IMG/VR virus record: IMGVR_UViG_3300047356_001345
Source of the DNA: an uncultured virus (IMG/VR IMGVR_UViG_3300047356_001345)
Lineage: Duplodnaviria > Heunggongvirae > Uroviricota > Caudoviricetes
Length of the DNA stretch: 64,000 bases
Reading direction: 5' to 3' (one strand)
Shown: in pieces, positions 42,835 to 52,462 of the stretch
Layout: every line of letters starts with the position of its first letter
Position numbering within the stretch: the first letter of the stretch is position 1
Program-made: the position numbers and the translations under genes
Notes under the pieces: generated by a model
What the model was told of the DNA's origin: nothing
Seen by the model: the letters and a program-made list of their open reading frames with translations, nothing else
The model's database searches: none

Positions 42835-43431
42835 TTGCAAATCGTATATGGAGAACCGAGGACAGGTTCTCATTTTTTAGCAAGGCATATTGCTAATAAA
42901 AATAATATGTTATTTTTGGGAGAATATTTTAAAACTCCAATACCTAATGCACAAGTAAATATTGAAGATAAAATAAAATCTATTCCGGAAAACTCTGTAA
43001 TAATAATTCATCCAGATTTATCATATGGCTATTACACAGATACTTTTTACGATTGGTTATTTTCTAATCCATTAATAGTTACAGAAACAAACGATCGCTG
43101 GCGACAAGTTATAAGCTGGGGTATAGCAGCTAAAACAACAAATTATCATAGTTTTAATATTTCAAAGCAACTCGATCAATATATAATTTATAAAAGAGAA
43201 TTTTTTGATATGTTAAAATATTCTATACAAAAGTTTGAAAGTACTAAACATCTTATTAATTACAAAGAAAGATATACTTTACAAGACCTTGATAAAATAT
43301 CTTTTGTAAATGGAAAATATAATCCTACCAAAAAAACCTACAAGCAAAATACTCAACAATTAAGTTTAATGTACGAAAATATTGAAGAAGTAAAAGAATG
43401 GTATCAGGAAATAAGAATTAATAAAAATTAA
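42835..43431 (+). CDS. Sulfotransferase-like (P-loop) protein
   Basis: N-terminal GEPRTGSHFL (5'-PSB-like loop), LGEYF, RQVISW (3'-PB-like); TTG start. Confidence 0.55.
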   Translation: MQIVYGEPRTGSHFLARHIANKNNMLFLGEYFKTPIPNAQVNIEDKIKSIPENSVIIIHPDLSYGYYTDTFYDWLFSNPLIVTETNDRWRQVISWGIAAKTTNYHSFNISKQLDQYIIYKREFFDMLKYSIQKFESTKHLINYKERYTLQDLDKISFVNGKYNPTKKTYKQNTQQLSLMYENIEEVKEWYQEIRINKN

Positions 43432-43438
43432 ATAAATA
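43432..43438 (+). promoter_or_regulatory. T4-late-like motif ATAAATA before nitroreductase 1
   Basis: ATAAATA...AGGAG...ATG 43461; the same arrangement occurs before nitroreductase 2. Confidence 0.5.
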
Positions 43439-43460
43439 CGTTTGTATACAGGAGACTACA

Positions 43461-44111
43461 ATGGATCATAAACAAATTGAAAAAGCAGTCATTAGAAGCC
43501 AACACTGTCAGCGTAACTGGGATTTATCAAAGCAAATACCGCAAGAAGATTTAGATCTTATTCAACACGCTATAACACAATGTCCTAGCAAACAAAATGT
43601 TGCATTTTACAAAGCACATATGATTACCGATAGAAACTTAATTGAAGCAATCCACAGTAAGACAGAAGGTTTCACAACCAACTTTGTAACAATGGAAGGT
43701 GAAACAAACAGCCAAACTTTAGCTAATTTGTTAATTGTCTTTGAGGCATATAACGGGCATCTAAATAGAGATAAGAGTGTATTTAGAAATGACGAAATAT
43801 TAAAGATGGATTTAGGAAAAGAACTTTCCGAATCAGAGAAAGAAACATTTAAAAGAGATCAGCAAATGGCTGTAGGTATTGCAGCAGGATACGCAAATGT
43901 TACTAGTGCTATGATGGGCTATGGTACTGGTTGTTGTGCTTGTTTCGATGGCGATGCTATTGAAAAACTTTTAGAGTTAAATGGTCCTGTTTTGCTTATG
44001 ATGGGAATAGGTTACAAAGATGTAACTCGTAATAGAAGAGAGCATCACGAAACTGGTTTTATGTTTCCAACAAAGCCAAAACAAAAGATCAAAGTTAAAA
44101 AGCATTACTAA
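43461..44111 (+). CDS. Nitroreductase-family (FMN) protein 1
   Basis: RSQHCQRNWD, CPSKQN, AAGYA...MGYGTGCCACFD, MMGIGY. Confidence 0.75.
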   Translation: MDHKQIEKAVIRSQHCQRNWDLSKQIPQEDLDLIQHAITQCPSKQNVAFYKAHMITDRNLIEAIHSKTEGFTTNFVTMEGETNSQTLANLLIVFEAYNGHLNRDKSVFRNDEILKMDLGKELSESEKETFKRDQQMAVGIAAGYANVTSAMMGYGTGCCACFDGDAIEKLLELNGPVLLMMGIGYKDVTRNRREHHETGFMFPTKPKQKIKVKKHY

Positions 44112-44130
44112 TATTTCTATTAAATAATAG

Positions 44131-45459
44131 ATGAAAGACACCTTCTGTCCAATTCCTTGGAATTTTCAAGCTGTAAGAAACAATGGCGATATTCGTATAT
44201 GTTGTCAAGCAAACGTAACAGAAAATCAGGGAGTAATTAGACACAGCAACGGAACTCCTTATAATGCACAACGTGATTCTTTAGAAGATGCACGTAATGC
44301 AGACCTTATGAAAACTGTAAGAAAGAATATGCTCAATGGCGTATGGAGCAAAGAATGTGGAAGATGTCAACAAGAAGAAGAAGCAGGATTAAACAGCAGG
44401 CGTCAATACGAACAACAAAACTGGCCTACTTTTACAATAGATAAAGCAAGAGATGCTACTGACGAAGATGGTTCAATAAGTGAAATACCTGTAACATATT
44501 ATGATTTACGTTTTGGTAATTTATGCAATCTTGCTTGTAGAATGTGTGGTCCAACTGATAGCCATACTTGGTTTGAACAATGGGTAGATTATCATAAAAC
44601 AAATGATTATATTGATACACACGGTACTGTAACATTAGAACGTAATTCAAAAGGAAGACTATTTACTAATGATTATGATTGGCACGGCAGTGATGTATTT
44701 TGGAATAGTATTGAAAAAAATATTCCTAACATCAAACACGTTTATATGGCCGGCGGTGAACCAATGATGATCGAAAGGCATTACGAATTTTTACAAAAAT
44801 GTATCGATAGCGGTTATTCAAAAAAAATTATTATAGAATATAATACAAATATGACAAGTTTGCCTCCTCGTGTCTTAAAAATGTGGGAACATTTTGGACA
44901 AGTTAGAATAGGCGCAAGTATTGATGGTTTTGGCGATATGGTAGAATACCAGCGTTGGCCTTTAAAATGGAGTCAAGCATATAAAAATTTACAAAAGTTA
45001 GATGAATTATGCATTGAAAATAAAAATATATTTGCTTGGCTTGCTTGCACTGTTACTGCATACAATGTTTTTCATATACCAGAATTTATGTGGTGGAAGC
45101 TTAAAGAAAGCGGATTTAAAAAAATTAATAGTTCAAAAAAACGTCCAATAATTACACACCACGTTGCACACGGACCAAAAAGAACAAATATAAAATTGCT
45201 AAGTACAGAACTAAAGCAAGAATTATTTCTCCATTATAAATTATGGGAAGATAAAATTATAAAAGACAACGAAATTGATCCTTTAGTAAAAGAAAAAGCA
45301 GTAAATATTTTAGATAGTATTTTAAAATTTGCCAACAAAGAAGATTATGCTAAAGATTACTTACAAGAATTTGTAAATTTTACTAACTATCTTGATAAAG
45401 CAAGAAATCAAAATATACTTGATGTTGCACCACAATACAGTAAAATATTTGACAAATAA
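44131..45459 (+). CDS. Radical SAM enzyme with N-terminal Twitch domain
   Basis: CNLACRMC, MAGGEPM; N-terminal FCPIPW...ICC...ECGRC. Confidence 0.9.
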   Translation: MKDTFCPIPWNFQAVRNNGDIRICCQANVTENQGVIRHSNGTPYNAQRDSLEDARNADLMKTVRKNMLNGVWSKECGRCQQEEEAGLNSRRQYEQQNWPTFTIDKARDATDEDGSISEIPVTYYDLRFGNLCNLACRMCGPTDSHTWFEQWVDYHKTNDYIDTHGTVTLERNSKGRLFTNDYDWHGSDVFWNSIEKNIPNIKHVYMAGGEPMMIERHYEFLQKCIDSGYSKKIIIEYNTNMTSLPPRVLKMWEHFGQVRIGASIDGFGDMVEYQRWPLKWSQAYKNLQKLDELCIENKNIFAWLACTVTAYNVFHIPEFMWWKLKESGFKKINSSKKRPIITHHVAHGPKRTNIKLLSTELKQELFLHYKLWEDKIIKDNEIDPLVKEKAVNILDSILKFANKEDYAKDYLQEFVNFTNYLDKARNQNILDVAPQYSKIFDK

Positions 45460-45477
45460 ATTAAGGAGTGTTATAAT
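45449..45477 (+). promoter_or_regulatory. Consensus sigma70 promoter with extended -10, leaderless spacing
   Basis: TTGACA-17 nt-TATAAT with TGn, 5 nt, then ATG 45483. Confidence 0.85.
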
Positions 45478-45482
45478 AAGTT

Positions 45483-46604
45483 ATGACTGAAGACTTAAAG
45501 TGGAGTAACTATGATTTTACTAAGATACCTTTTGACGACATTGTTAGTGTCGGTCAGCGTACCCTGTTGTATCGTGACATATTCACTGTTAGTTGGCTCC
45601 TCGGAAGATTCTGCAACTACAGATGTAGTTATTGTTGGCCTTATGCCCGCAGTGACCGTAAAGACCACCGTCCTACAGAACTATGCTTACGGACCATAGA
45701 TGAGATAAAGAGGCAAGCACGTGAAAACGGATTTAATAGTTATCATTTTAGTCTTAGTGGTGGTGAGCCTACTTTTCACCCTGGCTACTTGGACATTTTA
45801 CAACATCTGGCTGATGACGTAGACAACACAAACTACACCAGTGTACATATGACAAGTAACTGTTCACGTCCAATGAAGTGGTTTGAAACATATGTTGAAT
45901 ATGCTAAAGCTTTTCACAGAGCAAGTATAACAGCAAGTCTGCACACAGAACACGTTAATAGCAAAGAGAAGATGCAAGAATTTGCAGACAAGTTAATTTT
46001 TTGTCAGGAGCACGATGTACAAGTTACAATTAATCAAGTTATGGTACCAGAATGGTTTGAACGTGATTGGGAGAATGCTCTCTTCTTTCACAACCAAGGA
46101 ATCAACGTTACCCTTAAACCGCAATCCGATCCTACTGCGAGCAAGGTGGTTGAAGGATACAAAGAAAAAGACCTAAAACGTTTGTGGAACGGAATGCCAC
46201 AGCGAGCCTACACAGAATCTAAAAGAAAATTTGTAGACAGACCTAAGCCCAAATTTGAAATACCTAAGGATAGTATGTATAAGCCCGATGCTAGTGTGCC
46301 TTGGCATATGCAAGTAGAATTTAGAGATTCAAAAGGACAAGCTTGGTATATGGATCAAGCTGAACGTTTTAATGCTTTCAACTTCAACAAATTTAAAGGC
46401 TGGAGTTGCAATGCTGGATACCAAGGTATAATCATACGTGAACCAGATGGCAGTGTTAAACGTAGTTACTCTTGCCACGATGTTCCGCTTGGCAACATAG
46501 AAACAGGATTTAAGTTATTTGATAAACCAATGCCTTGTATGACAGAAAGTTGTGTAAGTAGTGCAGATAGCAAAATTCCTAAAAGAAAATCAGATGCATT
46601 ATAA
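45483..46604 (+). CDS. Radical SAM enzyme, paralogue of 39387
   Basis: CNYRCSYC, LSGGEPT; FKGWSCNAG...SYSC...PCMTESC. Confidence 0.9.
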   Translation: MTEDLKWSNYDFTKIPFDDIVSVGQRTLLYRDIFTVSWLLGRFCNYRCSYCWPYARSDRKDHRPTELCLRTIDEIKRQARENGFNSYHFSLSGGEPTFHPGYLDILQHLADDVDNTNYTSVHMTSNCSRPMKWFETYVEYAKAFHRASITASLHTEHVNSKEKMQEFADKLIFCQEHDVQVTINQVMVPEWFERDWENALFFHNQGINVTLKPQSDPTASKVVEGYKEKDLKRLWNGMPQRAYTESKRKFVDRPKPKFEIPKDSMYKPDASVPWHMQVEFRDSKGQAWYMDQAERFNAFNFNKFKGWSCNAGYQGIIIREPDGSVKRSYSCHDVPLGNIETGFKLFDKPMPCMTESCVSSADSKIPKRKSDAL

Positions 46605-47271
46605 GATTTACGAAGATGTTTTTGATCAAACTAGAATAGATACTATAGTTGAATTTTACAATAATAGATTTGCAGATACACATTTAACAAATGGAATGTA
46701 CAAAATTGAAGATCCTTGGAATTTATCTATTGTACAAGAGAATATAAAACCTGTTTTATCAAATTACTTCAATACCAATTTAGAGAATATAGGCGATAAT
46801 ATTTACAAACACAATGATCCATATTTTCCACATTGTGATACAAGTATAGATTATCCTTGTTTTAATGTTCTTATTCCTTTAAAAGTACACAATGATTTAG
46901 AACAAAAGTTTTGTATATTTGATCAATATATAAATGATTTTAGCAGTGGTGCAACTTGGATGGGCAAATGGTATGCTGCTGCATCAGAGTTTGAACATAA
47001 TAAAAAACGTAGATTTCCGTTTAAAGATAGCATAGTAGAAAATAAAACTGATGTTGATATAGATGAAGAAATGTTTACTAGGTGTTTGGAAGCACGTGGT
47101 CGAGATAGATTATTGTTTAAAAATTTATCAGGTATTGCTGTTGATTTTACTCCTGGTAGTTTAATAATTTTTGATAGCAAACATATTCATTGTACTGGTA
47201 GAATGGATTGTGATTGGAAAATGGGCTTGAGTCTAAGATTTAAAGGCGAGTTTGACAAGGAAGTAAAATGA
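46594..47271 (+). CDS. 2OG-Fe(II) oxygenase-like protein (likely start 46594)
   Basis: PHCD...NVLIPL...IFDSKHIHCT...LSLRF (HxD...H); paralogue of 49787. Confidence 0.65.
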   Translation: MHYKIYEDVFDQTRIDTIVEFYNNRFADTHLTNGMYKIEDPWNLSIVQENIKPVLSNYFNTNLENIGDNIYKHNDPYFPHCDTSIDYPCFNVLIPLKVHNDLEQKFCIFDQYINDFSSGATWMGKWYAAASEFEHNKKRRFPFKDSIVENKTDVDIDEEMFTRCLEARGRDRLLFKNLSGIAVDFTPGSLIIFDSKHIHCTGRMDCDWKMGLSLRFKGEFDKEVK

Positions 47272-47807
47272 AATATGCAATCACAGGACATACGTCAGGT
47301 ATAGGCAAAGCTTTTAGTGAATTGCCCGAAGTAAAAGATAATTTTATAGGGTTTAGTAGGACCACAGGTTATAATATAAAATTAGCAGAGGACCGCAGAC
47401 GTATTATAAAAGACAGCGAAGAGTGCGATGTGTTTATCAACAATGCATATAATCTTTATTATCAAACTGATATGCTGTATGAATTACATCGAAAGTGGAA
47501 AAATAAAACAAAAGTAATTGTTAATTTAGGTAGCAATACCACTGACGGTATGAAAGACTTTCCGCATCCGTATACAGCTCACAAAGCAAGCTTAGAAGCA
47601 GCAAGTTTACAATTAAGTAGTATCAAGTGCCACTGTTCCACTGTGTTACTAAAATTTGGGTATGTAGGATCTGAAAAAATACTTAAATTTTTACAACCAC
47701 AATACTATATTCCCTGCCAAGAAGCAGCACAAATTATTTTTCAGGCATCAGAGTTGGCTAATAAATATAATGTAAAAACAATGACAATTTTACCGAGAGA
47801 GCAATGA
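47268..47807 (+). CDS. Minimal short-chain dehydrogenase/reductase
   Basis: ITGHTSGIG, FINNA, VNLGS, YTAHK. Confidence 0.8.
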   Translation: MKYAITGHTSGIGKAFSELPEVKDNFIGFSRTTGYNIKLAEDRRRIIKDSEECDVFINNAYNLYYQTDMLYELHRKWKNKTKVIVNLGSNTTDGMKDFPHPYTAHKASLEAASLQLSSIKCHCSTVLLKFGYVGSEKILKFLQPQYYIPCQEAAQIIFQASELANKYNVKTMTILPREQ

Positions 47808-48373
47808 GTTATTATACAGAATTAGATTTACCTATTCTTGAATTATATGATGAATTTAATAAGTTAATGGATAACGGAACCATACATTGGTTTCGAGACG
47901 ATTGTCAGGATCAAATTTGTTTGAACAGCACCAAAAAAGATCCAGATAATTTTTTATTAGGCAGGGCAAGTTTGTGGTATGATTGGGATAAATCATACGA
48001 AGAAGATGGTAAAATAATTACTCCTTTACGTAAACCACCGTTACGTGAACAACAGTTTACTACACTTTGCACAGCATTTAAAGGCACATTGTTTGAAGAA
48101 GTTTACAATGCTCTTACAAAAAAATTCAATGTTGGCAGAGTAAGAATAATGAATAGTCAGCCAAAGACTTGTTTAACCTGGCATAATGATAATACAACTA
48201 GGATACATTATCCAATGAAAACACAAGATGGCTGTTTTATGATTATTGGAGACGAAGTAAAACATTTAGAAAAAAATAAATGGTATCATACAGATACAAG
48301 ATACGAGCATACTGCTATGAATGCCAGTAAAGAAAATAGAATACACTTAGTAGGCTGTATCCTTGATAGTTGA
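47804..48373 (+). CDS. Asp/Asn beta-hydroxylase-like 2OG-Fe(II) oxygenase
   Basis: RVRIM...WHND...RIHYP...HTAMN...RIHLV. Confidence 0.75.
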   Translation: MSYYTELDLPILELYDEFNKLMDNGTIHWFRDDCQDQICLNSTKKDPDNFLLGRASLWYDWDKSYEEDGKIITPLRKPPLREQQFTTLCTAFKGTLFEEVYNALTKKFNVGRVRIMNSQPKTCLTWHNDNTTRIHYPMKTQDGCFMIIGDEVKHLEKNKWYHTDTRYEHTAMNASKENRIHLVGCILDS

Positions 48374-49121
48374 TTTACATCATAAATTAGTAGATGCAGA
48401 ATCTGCTCCGGCTTTTGATAAATCCTGTCATCCTAGATGTGAAAGCAATAGAGCAAAAAATTCACTGGCTAAAAAATTATTATATGTGCCACATTTTAAA
48501 TTATGCGATTTAGAGTTAAATCAAAACAAGATAAGTCAAGAAATATCTGCATTAGAAAATTGGCAAGGTTACAACAACGATGTAAAAAGCATACGAGGCG
48601 CAGGTATTAGTAATTATTGGAGTGCAAAGTTTTTAAGAAATTTCAGCAATGATCCAGATTTTGGATTTGGAGAAACATTAGACTTTATGGAAATATTAGG
48701 TAAGCAGCACTTAATTGAAAATGGCAGGGTTCCTCCTGAGCATCTAGTTGACACAACTTTATGTGACACTATTCCTTATATTAAAAGTATCATTGAAGAA
48801 ATGTTTACTTGGACTATGTGCGATCGTATAATGATATCGAAAATAGATAATAAACAAAGAATAAATTGGCACAGTCATAATTATTATGAAACAGAATACA
48901 CTCACGCATATGTGCATATTCCTTTAATCACAAATAAGGATGCTACTAGTATGTTAGTATATTTAGACGGAGAAATACACGAGCAACACTATGGTTTTAA
49001 TGAAGCCTGGATAATCAATACACAACACAATCACGCAGTAAATAATAAAAACGGTGACGACAGATATCATATTTTAGCTCTAGTTAATTTTAATGATCCT
49101 AAATTGCATAAATATATTTAA
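48363..49121 (+). CDS. Asp/Asn beta-hydroxylase-like oxygenase, HxH variant
   Basis: RIMIS...WHSH...VHIPL...HAVNN...RYHIL; TTG start. Confidence 0.65.
   Translation: MIVDLHHKLVDAESAPAFDKSCHPRCESNRAKNSLAKKLLYVPHFKLCDLELNQNKISQEISALENWQGYNNDVKSIRGAGISNYWSAKFLRNFSNDPDFGFGETLDFMEILGKQHLIENGRVPPEHLVDTTLCDTIPYIKSIIEEMFTWTMCDRIMISKIDNKQRINWHSHNYYETEYTHAYVHIPLITNKDATSMLVYLDGEIHEQHYGFNEAWIINTQHNHAVNNKNGDDRYHILALVNFNDPKLHKYI
49108..49114 (+). promoter_or_regulatory. T4-late-like motif ATAAATA before nitroreductase 2
   Basis: ATAAATA...AAGGAG...ATG 49133. Confidence 0.5.
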
Positions 49122-49132
49122 GGAGATGTATT

Positions 49133-49783
49133 ATGCAATTAGAACACAAAGATATTAAAAAGACTATTATTCGTAGTCAGCATTGTCAACGTAACTGGGA
49201 TTTAGAGCAAACTATTCCTGACGAAGATATAGAATTGTTTGTACACGCAGTTAAGAACTGTCCTAGCAAACAAAACGTTGCTTTTTACAAAGTACACTTT
49301 GTAACAAATAGAAGCATTATCGAAAATATACACAAACATACAGCAGGATTCAAACGCCCAGAAGACGGTGTTGAAGAAACAAATAGTCAAACACTAGCAA
49401 ATCTTTTAGTAGTTTTTGAATCAGTTGATCCAGCAACAAAAACTAATCCTAATGAATATGCAAATGACGAGTTGTATAATATTGAAAATAACAAAGATAT
49501 TACTGCTTCTAAAAATGTACTAAAAAGAGATGAAAATATGGCAATTGGCATTGCTGCGGGATATCTTAATTTATTAGCAAGTATGTTAGGTTATGGTACT
49601 GGGTGTTGTGCGTGTTTTGACGACACAGAAGTTTCTAAAATTGTAAAAAATGAAAATCCTATTGCATTAATGATGGGTATTGGATTTAAAGACAGCACAA
49701 AAAATAGAAGAGAACATCATCAAACTGGATTTATGTTTCCTTCCAAAATCAAGCAGGATATAGAAGTTGATGTCATAAAATAA
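49133..49783 (+). CDS. Nitroreductase-family protein 2, close paralogue of 43461
   Basis: RSQHCQRNWD, CPSKQNVAFYK, GYGTGCCACFD, NRREHH. Confidence 0.75.
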   Translation: MQLEHKDIKKTIIRSQHCQRNWDLEQTIPDEDIELFVHAVKNCPSKQNVAFYKVHFVTNRSIIENIHKHTAGFKRPEDGVEETNSQTLANLLVVFESVDPATKTNPNEYANDELYNIENNKDITASKNVLKRDENMAIGIAAGYLNLLASMLGYGTGCCACFDDTEVSKIVKNENPIALMMGIGFKDSTKNRREHHQTGFMFPSKIKQDIEVDVIK

Positions 49784-49786
49784 TAT

Positions 49787-50446
49787 ATGCACTATAAAGA
49801 ATACGAAGATGTTATACCTCTTGGAATAAGAAAAGAAATTTTAAATTTTTTTTACGAAAACCAAAATCTTGTTGTAAATTCTAATTATATGGAAAAGATA
49901 AACAATCCGTGGGAATTTGAAGTAGTGCGACAACTTGAAAGTATATTAACTGAATTTAACATAGACACTTCTTATAACTTAGGTGATAATATTTACAAGC
50001 ATTCGTATGCATATTTTCCTCATACTGATGCAGATAGAATTCACGATACAATAAATGTTCTAATACCGTTATTTGTAGAAGGCGATAACTATCAACCTTT
50101 TGTAGTTTTTGATCAATGGTGCAGTGACAAACAAGCTAGAACTTGGATGCTAAATGATACCGATACAGAGTTTCATAAAAACAAAAGTATAAAAACATCA
50201 ATAAACGATGACATTACTGTACAAGGATGTACCAATTGTGAAATAGACGATAATTTGTATTGCACGTCTTTAGAAAATAATTTTCGTCCAAAGGAATTGT
50301 TTTTTGGATTAACTGGTCAAGCCTTAAATTATAAACCTGGAAACTTATTAATTTTTAATAGTAAGTATATACACGCTACAGGAAAAATGTTAGCAAAATA
50401 TAAAATTGGTTTATCTTTAAGATTTAAAGGAAAGGTAAACCAATAA
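49787..50446 (+). CDS. 2OG-Fe(II) oxygenase-like protein, paralogue of 46594
   Basis: GDNIYKH...YFPHTD...NVLIPL...IFNSKYIHATG...LSLRFKG. Confidence 0.65.
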   Translation: MHYKEYEDVIPLGIRKEILNFFYENQNLVVNSNYMEKINNPWEFEVVRQLESILTEFNIDTSYNLGDNIYKHSYAYFPHTDADRIHDTINVLIPLFVEGDNYQPFVVFDQWCSDKQARTWMLNDTDTEFHKNKSIKTSINDDITVQGCTNCEIDDNLYCTSLENNFRPKELFFGLTGQALNYKPGNLLIFNSKYIHATGKMLAKYKIGLSLRFKGKVNQ

Positions 50447-50994
50447 TGCAGGCTTTTAAAGAAATAAAAGAAATTAATCATAAATTAATAGCAAAAGAAT
50501 GCAATAATATTATTGACCTAGTAGGATGGAATAATTGTCAAATTTGTTTACAATATTCTTCTAAAATATCTTGGCACGACGATGTAGATGCATATGGCAA
50601 AACTAGAATAGAACACAAATGTATTAATTTTCACCCTCACTTAGAAGGTACCTATTTAAAACAGGTCTTAACAACTTTAGACTTTACTGTAGCAAGTGCA
50701 AGACTTATGTTTCTACACGAACGAAGTTGTTACAGCACACACGTTGATTTGTACACTAGATATCATATTCCTATAATAAATAATTCTAAATTATCGTTTA
50801 TGGTTTTTCCTGACATTCCATTTGTTGCCTATATGCCCAAAGGAAAAATATATTGGACAGATACTCACCAATTGCACAATTTTGTAAATGGCGATCACGA
50901 ACCACGAATACATCTTATTTTTAACAATGCTAACGAAAGAGAAAATTATAGTAATCCGTATTTGAAGGAATTACACGGTGATAGATTCGAATAA
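50446..50994 (+). CDS. Asp/Asn beta-hydroxylase-like oxygenase
   Basis: ARLM...THVD...RYHIP...HNFVN...RIHLI. Confidence 0.75.
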   Translation: MQAFKEIKEINHKLIAKECNNIIDLVGWNNCQICLQYSSKISWHDDVDAYGKTRIEHKCINFHPHLEGTYLKQVLTTLDFTVASARLMFLHERSCYSTHVDLYTRYHIPIINNSKLSFMVFPDIPFVAYMPKGKIYWTDTHQLHNFVNGDHEPRIHLIFNNANERENYSNPYLKELHGDRFE

Positions 50995-51469
50995 ACAGCA
51001 CACTGGGTTTTGTTATTTTAATAGTGATACAGCAGTAAAAGAAAGTCCTGTCCACGGGTTGTGTCGTTATGCTACAAACCAAATTGAAAAAGGAGATATT
51101 ATCTTTGTAATAGGAGGTATGGCTAGACGTCCTAGCGAGCAAGGATGGTATAAAGGATTGCTAATAGATAAAGATCTTGTTATTGATTTACCACAAGGAA
51201 ATGAGTACGAAGCATATATAAATCACAGTTGTGATCCAAATTTGTATATTGACGGTCAAGTGGTTTTTAGAGCTTTGAGAAATATAGAGCAAGGAGAATT
51301 TGTAACAGTTGATTATGGTACATTTATGCTTACTAAGAAAGATTATATTCCTGAATGTAAATGCGGTAGTAGTAACTGCCGAGGAAAAGTAACAGGCGAA
51401 GATTACAAATTTTTAAAATTGCCATTGAGTTGGTATGCACAAAAAAGGAAATCCGATGAAGTTATTTGA
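50978..51469 (+). CDS. SET-domain protein-lysine methyltransferase with post-SET Cys motif
   Basis: SPVHGL, YINHSCDPN, IEQGEFVTVDY, CKCGSSNCRG. Confidence 0.88.
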   Translation: MIDSNKQHTGFCYFNSDTAVKESPVHGLCRYATNQIEKGDIIFVIGGMARRPSEQGWYKGLLIDKDLVIDLPQGNEYEAYINHSCDPNLYIDGQVVFRALRNIEQGEFVTVDYGTFMLTKKDYIPECKCGSSNCRGKVTGEDYKFLKLPLSWYAQKRKSDEVI

Positions 51470-51902
51470 ATTATCTAATTTTATACCATCAATTCCTAAA
51501 AATTTAGTAATTACAGATATAGAGGAGTTGTATAAAAGACCTAATGCTTTCGATGATAGCGGTGAATGGGATTGGTGGTATTTTTCAACCAAAGTAGATA
51601 ATGAATTACAAGATTTTTTACAACCTTATTTTAATTATCCTGTAGAAGTATATTACCAACTTTCAGGCAGGCAACTTACTCCCCATATTGATCAAGGCAG
51701 AACGTTTTGCTATAATTACACACTTTTATCTGGAGGACCGGATGTCAAAACAAGATGGTATGACGACAATATGGAAAATATTATATATGAAATTACAGCA
51801 CCAATATCCACTTGGCATCGTCTTCAAGTTGATGTACCGCACGATATTAGTGAAATTGAATCTCATAGATTAAGTCTAACAATACAGGCAGCAAAACAAT
51901 GA
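51456..51902 (+). CDS. 2OG-Fe(II) oxygenase-like protein (likely start 51456)
   Basis: PHID...NY...WHRL...PHDI...RLSL; AAGGA SD before 51456. Confidence 0.6.
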   Translation: MKLFELSNFIPSIPKNLVITDIEELYKRPNAFDDSGEWDWWYFSTKVDNELQDFLQPYFNYPVEVYYQLSGRQLTPHIDQGRTFCYNYTLLSGGPDVKTRWYDDNMENIIYEITAPISTWHRLQVDVPHDISEIESHRLSLTIQAAKQ

Positions 51903-52462
51903 AAATTTTAACCACAGGAAATGCCGAATATGGATTAGCAAGTGCTATAAAAAATACCAGTTATGCAAGTAGAACTAATAATTACGATTTATCAACTGAT
52001 GAAGGAATGATAAAATTTTGTCACGTTGCAATTCACTATGATGTGATAATACTAAATTGTTACACAGAAAAAATGAATAATTATAGTCAAGTTAGATTAT
52101 TACATATGTTGTATGAATTATTTGAAGCTAATAAAAAGACTGTGCATTTAATTTGTATAGGTAGTATAAGTGATCACATTAATAAAGAGCAACCTTGGTT
52201 AAAATATATTAGTTATGGTGCTGAAAAATTAGCATTACAAAGATTATGTGAAACAATTAATCACAATAGAGAAGATATCACTCCTAATGTAAAATGTACA
52301 TATATCAGTTTAGGACATATGCATACTCCTTTAGTAGATAGATATCATCCTGACGAAGTTAAATTAAATACAGAATATGTTGCCGATGTTATACAATGGA
52401 TTATTGATGCACCAGAATGTATAGAAAGTATTACTTTAACAAAGGATAAAACTAATGGATGA
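51899..52462 (+). CDS. Minimal short-chain dehydrogenase/reductase
   Basis: TTGNAEYGLA, ICIGS, YGAEK. Confidence 0.7.
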   Translation: MKILTTGNAEYGLASAIKNTSYASRTNNYDLSTDEGMIKFCHVAIHYDVIILNCYTEKMNNYSQVRLLHMLYELFEANKKTVHLICIGSISDHINKEQPWLKYISYGAEKLALQRLCETINHNREDITPNVKCTYISLGHMHTPLVDRYHPDEVKLNTEYVADVIQWIIDAPECIESITLTKDKTNG

